Shown: positions 25,883 through 33,524 of the stretch, piece by piece | How positions within the stretch are numbered: position 1 is the stretch's first letter | How the letters are laid out: each line of letters opens with the position of its first letter | Notes under the pieces: generated by a model | What the model was told of the DNA's origin: nothing | Seen by the model: the letters and a program-made list of their open reading frames with translations, nothing else | The model's database searches: none | Program-made: the position numbers and the translations under genes | NCBI GenBank assembly: GCA_026225255.1 | Contig: JAMFSJ010000059.1 | Location: forward strand, 38,311-102,310 | Length of the DNA: 64,000 bases | Source of the DNA: Methylacidimicrobium fagopyrum | GTDB lineage: Bacteria; Verrucomicrobiota; Verrucomicrobiia; Limisphaerales; UBA11358 | Direction of reading: 5' to 3'

Positions 25883-27811
25883 TTATTTTTGGGCGAGATC
25901 ACGGGCGGCCGTCGGCGGTAGAAATTTTTCATCCGTCAACGTTTTCAAAAATGCCACCAACGCCCGTTTATCCACCGCCTTCAACGGCAAGCCGCCGTCA
26001 GGATGTTTTGCCAGATTAGGATCCAGCGTCGCGCTGCGTTTCATGCCCGTGCAATAATGTTCTACCACTTCATCCAAGGTCCGAAAGCGTCCATCGTGCA
26101 TGTAAGGCGCGGTCACTGCGACATTACGCAACGATGGCACGGAAAATTTTCCGCCATCGCCCACGCGCTTCGTCGCCTGATAACGACCCAAATCACGGAA
26201 CACGGAATCCAATCCGTTGTTCGCAAAATCCTGACTCTGAAACAACGGTCCGCCGTGACAATGAAAACAATCCGCACCGAATTGCCCGTGATATGGATCG
26301 TATTCCGTGTTGAATAATTCGAAACCACGCTGTTCTTGCGCTGTGAATTGCGCGCGCCCATTCATCACGCGATCAAATTTCGCGTCGAACGAAACTTGCA
26401 CGAGGAGAAATTGCTCCAGCGCCCGGGCGATTTTATCGACGTTGATTTCCGGTGAACCAAATGTTTTCGTGAACATCCGGTGATAATCAGAATCGGCTGA
26501 AATTTTCGCGACCGCGCTCGCCAGCGATTCGTGCATCTCGACGGGATTTTGAATCGGCTGCAAAACCTGTTCGCGCAGCGTGGCCGCCCGTCCGTCCCAG
26601 AAGAATGAATTTCTCCATGCGAGATTTTCCAGTGGCATCGCGTTGCGTGTGCCGAGCAAGCCATCCACACCGCGACTGAACCGGCGCGGCTGCGCGAACG
26701 CCAGATGTGGATTGTGACAGTTCGCGCACGATTGCCGGTCGCCCGATGAAAGTCGGCGGTCGAAAAATAATTGGCTGCCCAAGGCGACGCCTTCGACCGT
26801 GAGCGGATTATCGCGCGGCAAATCCGGCGTCGGCGCGAATTGCGAAATCGTCAGCCGATACGGCGTCGCGTCCGGCGCTATCATAATCTTGGTGGCACGG
26901 GCGTCTCGCCCGTCAAATCCGGCGTCCCGCCGGATTTCGTTTGAGGTGAGATTGGTTTGTGGTGTGCGCATACTAACGACTTGCCCATGCGCATCAGCAG
27001 TTTCGGGCGCGACGCCCGAAATAACGGGCCAGAGGCCCGTGCCACCCACCGAAAACGCCGCGATCACATTCTCCCGCAATTGAACCGCTAACCAATCATT
27101 CGTCCGCGAATGGCTGGTGTCCGTCCGGTCACTTAATTCAATTTTGTTTGGCGCCGAAAATATTTCACCGACATCCAACGCGATTTGCATTTCGCGACTG
27201 CTGCTCAAATCCAAATCCACCGGCAACTCGACTGTCATCAATTCACGGTCGGTGGCGATGTGATACGAAAAGCCGCTTTGCTTGCCGCCGTCCAGCCAAC
27301 CGCCTTCGAGCGCGAGAAAAACATATTCGTGCGACCAATCCCAATACAGATGATTTACCTGCGGATTCAGCGGATGCCCCGCCGGCCACTGCGTGGAATT
27401 GCCGTGATTTACTGGCGGTTCAAGCCCGACTTGAAAACGCGCGCGGTCATAACTACCGGTCGGAACCTCAGTTAAAGTGAAGTTAGTTTTGCCATCGCGG
27501 GCGCTGATATAGGCGAACCAATTTGGCTGACCAATCCACGTTCCATCCGCGCGACGCAAGGCAAAATTTGACAGCAGAAAATCGAGTCGCGTGACGGAAA
27601 TTTTTTGACCCGATGACGTTTGATTTACAAGCTTGTCGAAACCCAATGGTGCGCCGTTGAATTTTGCGATGAGGTTGACTTCAAGATTCGCTGAAGCTCC
27701 AAACGTCAAGCTCCAAGCACCAAAGAACATCCAAAAGCCAAGCACCAAGCATTGCGCGCTTCGCATATTCATTCGCTTCAACAATTTGAAATTCGTCATT
27801 TGAAATTTCAT
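25883..27811 (-). CDS. Fusion protein: MbnP-like N-terminal domain + repeat-derived linker + di-heme cytochrome c peroxidase/MauG/MbnH-like domain
   Basis: 642 aa with a signal peptide. The C-terminal half has two CxxCH heme motifs: CANCH (26714-26728) and CFHCH (26255-26269), in CCP/MauG-family context (LGSQLFFDRRLS...). The N-terminal approx 250 aa (RLDFLLSNFAL, HLYWDWSHEYVFLALEGGW) resembles the MbnP partner family by memory only. Confidence 0.75.
   Translation of the reverse strand: MKFQMTNFKLLKRMNMRSAQCLVLGFWMFFGAWSLTFGASANLEVNLIAKFNGAPLGFDKLVNQTSSGQKISVTRLDFLLSNFALRRADGTWIGQPNWFAYISARDGKTNFTLTEVPTGSYDRARFQVGLEPPVNHGNSTQWPAGHPLNPQVNHLYWDWSHEYVFLALEGGWLDGGKQSGFSYHIATDRELMTVELPVDLDLSSSREMQIALDVGEIFSAPNKIELSDRTDTSHSRTNDWLAVQLRENVIAAFSVGGTGLWPVISGVAPETADAHGQVVSMRTPQTNLTSNEIRRDAGFDGRDARATKIMIAPDATPYRLTISQFAPTPDLPRDNPLTVEGVALGSQLFFDRRLSSGDRQSCANCHNPHLAFAQPRRFSRGVDGLLGTRNAMPLENLAWRNSFFWDGRAATLREQVLQPIQNPVEMHESLASAVAKISADSDYHRMFTKTFGSPEINVDKIARALEQFLLVQVSFDAKFDRVMNGRAQFTAQEQRGFELFNTEYDPYHGQFGADCFHCHGGPLFQSQDFANNGLDSVFRDLGRYQATKRVGDGGKFSVPSLRNVAVTAPYMHDGRFRTLDEVVEHYCTGMKRSATLDPNLAKHPDGGLPLKAVDKRALVAFLKTLTDEKFLPPTAARDLAQK
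26891..27046. mobile_element. MITE-like 156-bp element (GGTGGCAC...GTGCCACC termini), copy A, inside the coding frame
   Basis: ggtggcacgggcgtctcgcccgt-caaatccggcgtcccgccggatttcgtt ... tttcgggcgcgacgcccgaaat-aacgggccagaggcccgtgccacc. It has the same architecture and about the same length as copy B at 30496-30650. Confidence 0.6.
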
Positions 27812-27860
27812 AGGTTTTTAGCGTTGATGGTTCACTGTGGATTGTTTTCAGTTTTCAATT

Positions 27861-29594
27861 TCAGTTGATCGTAAAACTGCTCACCGTGTAAGGCGGCGGA
27901 CCGGAGGCGAACGTGACCACGATGCTCTGCGCGCCAGTCGCGGCGTTGGCAGGAATCGTGAACGCAGCGACTACCGTGCCTTGCGCCGTGCAGGTCGCGC
28001 TTGAAGCGGTGATGCCGTCCATCGTGACGCTTGTGATGGGCGCACCGGCGGGCGGATTCGGCGGCGAACTCGGCAGCGTAATCGTGATGAGAACCGATTG
28101 ACCGCGATTCGCACTGCCGCCGGGCGCCACGCTGCTGACGGCAAAAAGCGTTGTGCCCGCCGAATCAAAACTCGCGACCGCCGTGCGTCCAACGCGATAA
28201 AATTGTTTATCGAGCGACGTTAAATTCGTGTAATTGCCATTGATTTGATTGGGTGAAACACCAGTTTTTAATACCGTCCAATTGGAAAAATTGGTGGTGC
28301 CTTCGACTTGATAACTCCCGCCTTCCAACGCGCTCCAACTCAACGTGACCGTGCCATTTTTCGCGCCGGGCGAATTGAGCGTTGCCACGAGATTCGTGTT
28401 GCCCAGAAAATTGGTGGCCACGGTTTCCGAAATTGCCGTCACGCTGCCGCCCGTCGGACTGCCGTAATAGCCGCGCCCGATATTATAAGGAAACGTCGGC
28501 GCGCCATTCGTGTTGATGCTCACAAAATACGCGTAGGTGCCGTTCGGAAATTCCGGCGTGACGCACCAGCGACCGTTGTATTCATCCAGATCAAAATCCA
28601 CGCCCTGAACGTAACCGCGATCGCCGAGATAATCGTTGTCCTCCATGTAACGTCCGAGCGGATAACTCGTGCTCACGTTCGGTCCGGTTTGATTGGAACT
28701 CACGTTGAACAAGCGCGCCGACCACGCGGGAATGGTTTTGCGTCCGTTCACCGTGAGATTACTGGTGCCGAAATTTCCGTTGCGCAAAACATAGCCGGAA
28801 ATCATCCGGCGAATGGCACTGTTCGCATTCGTCGCCACGGAATAACCGTAAGGCCCGTAGAGCGGATAACCATCCGCCGTCCATGCGAGAATCGGCGAAT
28901 GCTGCGCCGGCGCGTTGGTGGACTCGGTGTAAATTTTTGTCACCGAATTAAAGTCCACATGATCGCCGAGTTGATAACGCAACGCCGGCGGATTCGCGTG
29001 ATAATGATATTGTCCGCCCGCTTGATGCGCATTGTTCGGATCAAAGCTTGCGCCTTCATTCACATACGCATCACGATTCCAATAGCCGGTGATATTTTGC
29101 GCGTCCGTATTGGAAACCGTGCTCCAACTGTAGGCGTCCCAGCTATTGAACATCGCCGCGCCATCCACAAAATATCCGATCGGTCCGCCGCCCGTCGAGG
29201 TCTTGGTCGTCGGCACCGCGGGACTGCGCGGAAAGCGATAGAGTGCCTTCTGATTCACCGGCCAATTCGGAAACGGTTGCGTGTGCTGCGCGTTGAGATA
29301 CCACGGTCCCATTACAAAACTGCCCAGTCCGGTGCTGCGAATATAGACCCAGTTCGACGACGAATAAATTTCCTGCACGCCGCAATACGCCGGCAACGAT
29401 TGGATCGTCGTGCCGTTCGTCCAACTCGTTTGCGAAAGGCCATTCGTGCGCGAAATATCATTGGTATAAATGCGCGCGTATTGTCCGGCGTTGGTGGTGA
29501 ACCATGAATTAATCTGTGGATCGGCAAATGTGTTTTGAAGCAAGAAGCCGAACGTAACGACAATGATTACAAGGCGGGTAAGATTTGTTTTCAT
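27861..29594 (-). CDS. Secreted YHYH-domain protein with C-terminal Ig-like/FYRV-type domains
   Basis: 577 aa with a signal peptide. The AHQAGGQYHYHANP motif defines the YHYH family. Confidence 0.75.
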   Translation of the reverse strand: MKTNLTRLVIIVVTFGFLLQNTFADPQINSWFTTNAGQYARIYTNDISRTNGLSQTSWTNGTTIQSLPAYCGVQEIYSSSNWVYIRSTGLGSFVMGPWYLNAQHTQPFPNWPVNQKALYRFPRSPAVPTTKTSTGGGPIGYFVDGAAMFNSWDAYSWSTVSNTDAQNITGYWNRDAYVNEGASFDPNNAHQAGGQYHYHANPPALRYQLGDHVDFNSVTKIYTESTNAPAQHSPILAWTADGYPLYGPYGYSVATNANSAIRRMISGYVLRNGNFGTSNLTVNGRKTIPAWSARLFNVSSNQTGPNVSTSYPLGRYMEDNDYLGDRGYVQGVDFDLDEYNGRWCVTPEFPNGTYAYFVSINTNGAPTFPYNIGRGYYGSPTGGSVTAISETVATNFLGNTNLVATLNSPGAKNGTVTLSWSALEGGSYQVEGTTNFSNWTVLKTGVSPNQINGNYTNLTSLDKQFYRVGRTAVASFDSAGTTLFAVSSVAPGGSANRGQSVLITITLPSSPPNPPAGAPITSVTMDGITASSATCTAQGTVVAAFTIPANAATGAQSIVVTFASGPPPYTVSSFTIN

Positions 29595-29612
29595 GCCGCG
29601 ACTCTACGCCAG

Positions 29613-29692
29613 CGAACCTTAAGCGAACGTGAAGCTGTGAAATTTTTGCACACGACTGCGTAAAAATTTTCTTCATCTCCGCTTAAGGTTCG
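29613..29692. promoter_or_regulatory. 80-bp palindromic divergent control region containing two inverted copies of the 22-nt motif
   Basis: cgaaccttaagcgaacgtgaag (29613-29634) and cttcatctccgcttaaggttcg (29671-29692) flank an AT-rich, itself palindromic spacer (gaaatttttgca / tgcgtaaaaattttc). Confidence 0.5.
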
Positions 29693-29754
29693 CCTTGCGA
29701 ACATTCCTGCACTGGCGGATTGGTTGCATTCCTGCAAAACTCCGCCGTTCGAAC

Positions 29755-30405
29755 ATGAGAATCCTGATTGTCGAAGACGAACCTGATTTGCTCGCGAGCC
29801 TTGCGCAGGCCTTGCGCGAAGAAGGCTACGCCGTCGACACTGCTGATAACGGCGACGACGGACTCTTCAACGCCGAAGGCACAGACTACGACGCCATCGT
29901 GCTCGACGTGATGTTGCCCGGCTTGGACGGCTGGGAAATTCTCAAACAACTTCGCAAAACCAAAAAAACTCCCGTGCTCATGCTCACGGCGCGCGACCAG
30001 ACGCGCGATCGCGTGCGTGGCCTCGACACCGGTGCGGACGATTACGTCGTCAAACCGTTTGATCTCGAAGAAATTTTTGCCCGCCTGCGCGCGATCATCC
30101 GTCGCAGCGCCAATAAAACAACGAACGTCATTGCAATCGGCGAGGTGAAAATTGATACCGCCGCGCGCACTATTCTACTCAAAGAAAAGTCCGTCGAAAT
30201 CACCGCACGCGAATACGCGCTCGTGGAATTTCTCGCGTTGCATCGTGGCGAAGTCGTCACGCGCACGCAACTTTACGAACATCTCTTCGACGAAAACGAA
30301 AGCTCGCTTTCAAATCTACTAGATGTCCACGTTTCCAACGTCCGTAAAAAACTGGGTGCGGAATTTATCGCCACCCGCCGCGGCCACGGCTATTGCATTG
30401 AATGA
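29755..30405 (+). CDS. OmpR/PhoB-family response regulator
   Basis: MRILIVEDEPD...AIVLDVMLPGLDG...TARD, plus a winged-helix C-terminus (ITAREYALVEFLALHRGEVVTR...). The ORF is open from 29695, but the canonical start is ATG 29755. Confidence 0.9.
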   Translation: MRILIVEDEPDLLASLAQALREEGYAVDTADNGDDGLFNAEGTDYDAIVLDVMLPGLDGWEILKQLRKTKKTPVLMLTARDQTRDRVRGLDTGADDYVVKPFDLEEIFARLRAIIRRSANKTTNVIAIGEVKIDTAARTILLKEKSVEITAREYALVEFLALHRGEVVTRTQLYEHLFDENESSLSNLLDVHVSNVRKKLGAEFIATRRGHGYCIE

Positions 30406-30495
30406 ATGAAAACAGCCAATAACCATTACACGTCTGCCACGCGCTTTCCCAATTGGAGGTTGGATGTTTCCAGATCTTATTTTCAAACTGCTCCG

Positions 30496-30650
30496 GGTGG
30501 CACAGGCCTCCGGCCTGTAAAATCCGGCGTCCCGCCGGATTTCGTTGGTGACTTACATTGTTTTTTGACTCGCGCAAACCTAAAACCATTCCCGCCGCAA
30601 ACAGTTTCTGGCGAGACGCCTGAAACAACAGGCCGGAGGCCTGTGCCACC
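30496..30650. mobile_element. MITE-like 155-bp element, copy B, between the regulator and kinase genes
   Basis: ggtggcacaggcctccggcctgt-aaaatccggcgtcccgccggatttcgtt ... tttctggcgagacgcctgaaac-aacaggccggaggcctgtgccacc. The terminal inverted repeats are about 23 bp. Confidence 0.6.
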
Positions 30651-30679
30651 CGGAAACGTTTGAAATCTCGCCTTAAAAT

Positions 30680-32140
30680 ATGATTCCTAAATCCATCAAA
30701 TGGCGATTGCAACTCTGGTATGGCCTGATTCTCGTGGTCGTGCTCGCGGGTTTTGGTTTTACCGCGTATCAACTGGAACGCGGACGGCAGTTGGGTCGCA
30801 TTGATGACGAGTTGCATCGCCGTTTTGACGTGTTGGCCAAGGCGGTCCACGGCCCTCCGGGACAACGTGGCGAACCACGCTTCAACCGCCCGCCACCGGA
30901 CCAGCTTCCGGAGGATGGCCCGCCTGGACTGGATTTTAATCCGCCGCAACAATTTAATTTGCCGCCGCAAGCCGCCAATTTGTTTGATGCGAACAGCGCG
31001 GATCAATTTTATTTCATTATCCAAGGGCGAGGTAAAAATGAAATTGCCCGATCCGAAAATGTCCCGCGTGCAGAAATGGGTTTTAACCATTTTTTTGAGC
31101 AGGAAAATCACCTGGATAATCCGCCGAAACCGGCACCGGCGGAAGATTTTAAGGATGAGCGGGTTATTTTTCGCAGTCTGCCTTCGGGCGAAACCATTTT
31201 GATCGGGTGTTCCATCGTGCCGGAATTGAATGAACTGAAAGCCACGGCCTTGAAACTCACTTTGGTTGGCGGAATTATTTTATTCTTCGGCCTCGCGGGC
31301 GGTGGTTGGTTGGTTTCGCGCGCCTTGCGGCCGATTGAAAACATCAGCGCGGCGGCAATAAAAATTTCTGCCGGGGATTTGTCCCAACGTATCAACAGTG
31401 CCGAAGCCGAAAGCGAACTCGGGCAACTTGCGGCGGTTTTGAATGCCACCTTCGCGCGACTTGAAGCTGCGTTCGCGCAACAGAAACAATTCGCGTCCGA
31501 TGCCGCGCACGAACTGCGCACGCCGGTCACGGTCATCCTCACGCAAACGCAGACCGCGCTGAACCGCGAGCGCGAACCGGCCAGCTACAAACAAACGCTC
31601 GAAGCTTGCCAGCGTGCGGCGCAACGGATGCGGAAGTTGATCGAATCGTTGCTCGCGCTGGCGCGACTCGATGCCGGACAGGAAGTTTTGAAACGGCTGC
31701 GGTTTGATTTCGCGAAAACAGTAGATGATTCCATCGCTTTAGTTGAACCCATCGCGGCTGAACACGGCGTAAAAATTTTCACTGAGCTCGAATCGTTGGA
31801 AATCAACGGCGATTCGGAACGGCTCGCGCAAGTTGTCACCAATCTTTTGAGCAACGCCATCCAATACAATCGTGCGGACGGCGAAGTGCGCGTGAAATTG
31901 AAATTGGAAAACGGCCTGGCGATTCTAACCGTCGCCGATTCCGGTCATGGTATTGCGAACGCAGATTTACCGCGAGTTTTTGAACGATTTTATCGCGCCG
32001 ATAAATCACGCACGGGCGCGGGCAATACTGGATTAGGGCTATCTATTTGTCAGGCCATCGTCACTGCGCACGGAGGCACGATTGAAGTTTCCAGCGAGGA
32101 AAATGTGGGGACGACTTTTACCGTGCGGTTGCCGATATAA
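30680..32140 (+). CDS. Sensor histidine kinase (2 TM, periplasmic Pro-rich loop, HAMP, HisKA, HATPase)
   Basis: H-box FASDAAHELRTPV, N-box LLSNAIQYN, G-boxes DSGHGI and GTGLGLSI. Confidence 0.9.
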   Translation: MIPKSIKWRLQLWYGLILVVVLAGFGFTAYQLERGRQLGRIDDELHRRFDVLAKAVHGPPGQRGEPRFNRPPPDQLPEDGPPGLDFNPPQQFNLPPQAANLFDANSADQFYFIIQGRGKNEIARSENVPRAEMGFNHFFEQENHLDNPPKPAPAEDFKDERVIFRSLPSGETILIGCSIVPELNELKATALKLTLVGGIILFFGLAGGGWLVSRALRPIENISAAAIKISAGDLSQRINSAEAESELGQLAAVLNATFARLEAAFAQQKQFASDAAHELRTPVTVILTQTQTALNREREPASYKQTLEACQRAAQRMRKLIESLLALARLDAGQEVLKRLRFDFAKTVDDSIALVEPIAAEHGVKIFTELESLEINGDSERLAQVVTNLLSNAIQYNRADGEVRVKLKLENGLAILTVADSGHGIANADLPRVFERFYRADKSRTGAGNTGLGLSICQAIVTAHGGTIEVSSEENVGTTFTVRLPI

Positions 32141-32151
32141 TAAAACCAGAT

Positions 32152-32226
32152 GGGGAGAGACTCTGTCGAACCCTAACATTGTTGCGCGTCCAATTTAGTT
32201 AGAGCTCGACGGAGTCTCGCTCCACC
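32152..32226. repeat. Palindromic element, cgacggagtctcgcc family, between convergent genes
   Basis: ggggagagactctgtcgaaccc (32152-32173) versus gagctcgacggagtctcgctccacc (32202-32226). Confidence 0.6.
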
Positions 32227-32238
32227 AGTTTTTAAAAT

Positions 32239-33456
32239 TTATTTCAAAAACAATTCCGCCGCCGCATCCGCAAAACGCAGCCCTTGCGGCGTGAGTTGAA
32301 AATAATTTTCCGTGCGCGACGCCCAACCGCGTTCGGACAATTGGTTCATCTCGGAATCCCATTCCTGACGCAGATCAAAACGGGTCACGCGCTTGAACTC
32401 ATCGAACGGCCAGCCGGCATTCATCCGTAAACCGAACGCGGCGATTTCGCCCGCACGTTTGGGCGGCGATAATTCCTCACTGGATTCGATGGCACGTCTG
32501 CCTTTTTCCAACTGCTCGCAATACAGTTGCGTATTGGACCAATTCTTCGTCCGCACGCCGCGCACGTAACCGGTCGCGCTCGGGCCGAGGCCGTAGTAAT
32601 CGCCGCCGCGCCAGTAGTTCACGTTGTGTTTGCTCGCGCGTTCCGGAATGACAGAATGACGGATGACGGATGACGCACTTTCTGGCCCGATCATTTGACC
32701 TTCGTCCTTCGTCATTTTTCCAACGCGCGCAAAATTCGCAATTTCGTATTGCTGAAAACCGGCATTCGTCGCGTGCGAAATCAGTTCGTTATACATGTCG
32801 CAGGCCAGATCTTCATCCACGGAAAATTCGCCGGCTTGTAGTTGGTGGAACAACGGCGTGTCGTCTTCGTAAATCACTTCGTAACTGGACAGATGTTCAC
32901 TCTGCATCGCGGCGGCTTCGTTGAGCGTATCGCGCCAGATTTCCATCGTCTGCGTGGGAATGGCGAACATCAGGTCAAGATTGATGTTCTCAAAACCGGC
33001 GCGCCGCAAGATATCGAACGATTTGAAAACCGTTTCGCGCGAGTGAATGCGGCCGAGACGGTCGAGCAATTTTTCATCGAGCGATTGCACGCCCATCGAA
33101 ATGCGGTTCACGCCAAAATCGCGCAGCAACTTGGCTTTGTCGGCGGAAACCGTGGCAGGATTACTCTCGACGGTGAATTCTTCCGCGCCGAGCAGATTGA
33201 ATTTTTCCATCGCGCGCAAAATGGTTTCCCATTGGCGCAGGTTCAATAGCGACGGCGTGCCACCGCCGAAGAAAACCGTGCGCGGCTTGAGATCGGCGGC
33301 GACAATTTCCAATTCGCGCACGAGGCCGTCAACATAGCGGTTCACCAACTCGCCCGAGGACGCTTCCGAATAGAAAGCGCAATACACGCATTTCTGCGCG
33401 CAAAACGGGACGTGAACATAAAGGCTCGTTATGGGGGTCGTGGACGAATCCGGCAT
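32239..33456 (-). CDS. hemW: Radical-SAM heme chaperone HemW (HemN-like, oxygen-independent coproporphyrinogen oxidase family)
   Basis: 405 aa. Radical-SAM motif YVHVPFCAQKCVYCAF, GGGTPS, and ...HNVNYWRGGDYYGLGPSA. Confidence 0.85.
   Translation of the reverse strand: MPDSSTTPITSLYVHVPFCAQKCVYCAFYSEASSGELVNRYVDGLVRELEIVAADLKPRTVFFGGGTPSLLNLRQWETILRAMEKFNLLGAEEFTVESNPATVSADKAKLLRDFGVNRISMGVQSLDEKLLDRLGRIHSRETVFKSFDILRRAGFENINLDLMFAIPTQTMEIWRDTLNEAAAMQSEHLSSYEVIYEDDTPLFHQLQAGEFSVDEDLACDMYNELISHATNAGFQQYEIANFARVGKMTKDEGQMIGPESASSVIRHSVIPERASKHNVNYWRGGDYYGLGPSATGYVRGVRTKNWSNTQLYCEQLEKGRRAIESSEELSPPKRAGEIAAFGLRMNAGWPFDEFKRVTRFDLRQEWDSEMNQLSERGWASRTENYFQLTPQGLRFADAAAELFLK
32647..32717. repeat. Palindromic element lying in-frame inside hemW
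   Basis: gaatgacagaatgacggatgacggatgacgcac (32647-32679) versus gatcatttgaccttcgtccttcgtcattt (32689-32717). It encodes ...KMTKDEGQMIGPESASSVIRHSVIP... between the conserved YEIANFAR and HNVNYW blocks. Confidence 0.6.
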
Positions 33457-33524
33457 GGAAACACATTAGGCGGCGCAGAGCGGATTGTCCAGCCAAGCTG
33501 GCGCTCTCAGTGCCGTGTGGAACT

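Noticed and set aside
28308-29507. 399-aa plus-strand ORF
   Set aside because: It is antisense to the YHYH-domain gene and its translation is extremely Arg-rich. It is a shadow ORF.
29595-29612. Sigma-54 type -24/-12 promoter (tGGcgtagagtcGC) upstream of the YHYH gene
   Set aside because: The GG-to-GC spacing is 9 nt rather than the canonical 10. The second copy of the leader (25826-25843) lacks the GG.
30406-30663. 85-aa ORF between regulator and kinase
   Set aside because: It lies almost entirely within MITE-like copy B. Its translation (GGTGLRPVKSGVPPDF...) is the repeat read in one frame.
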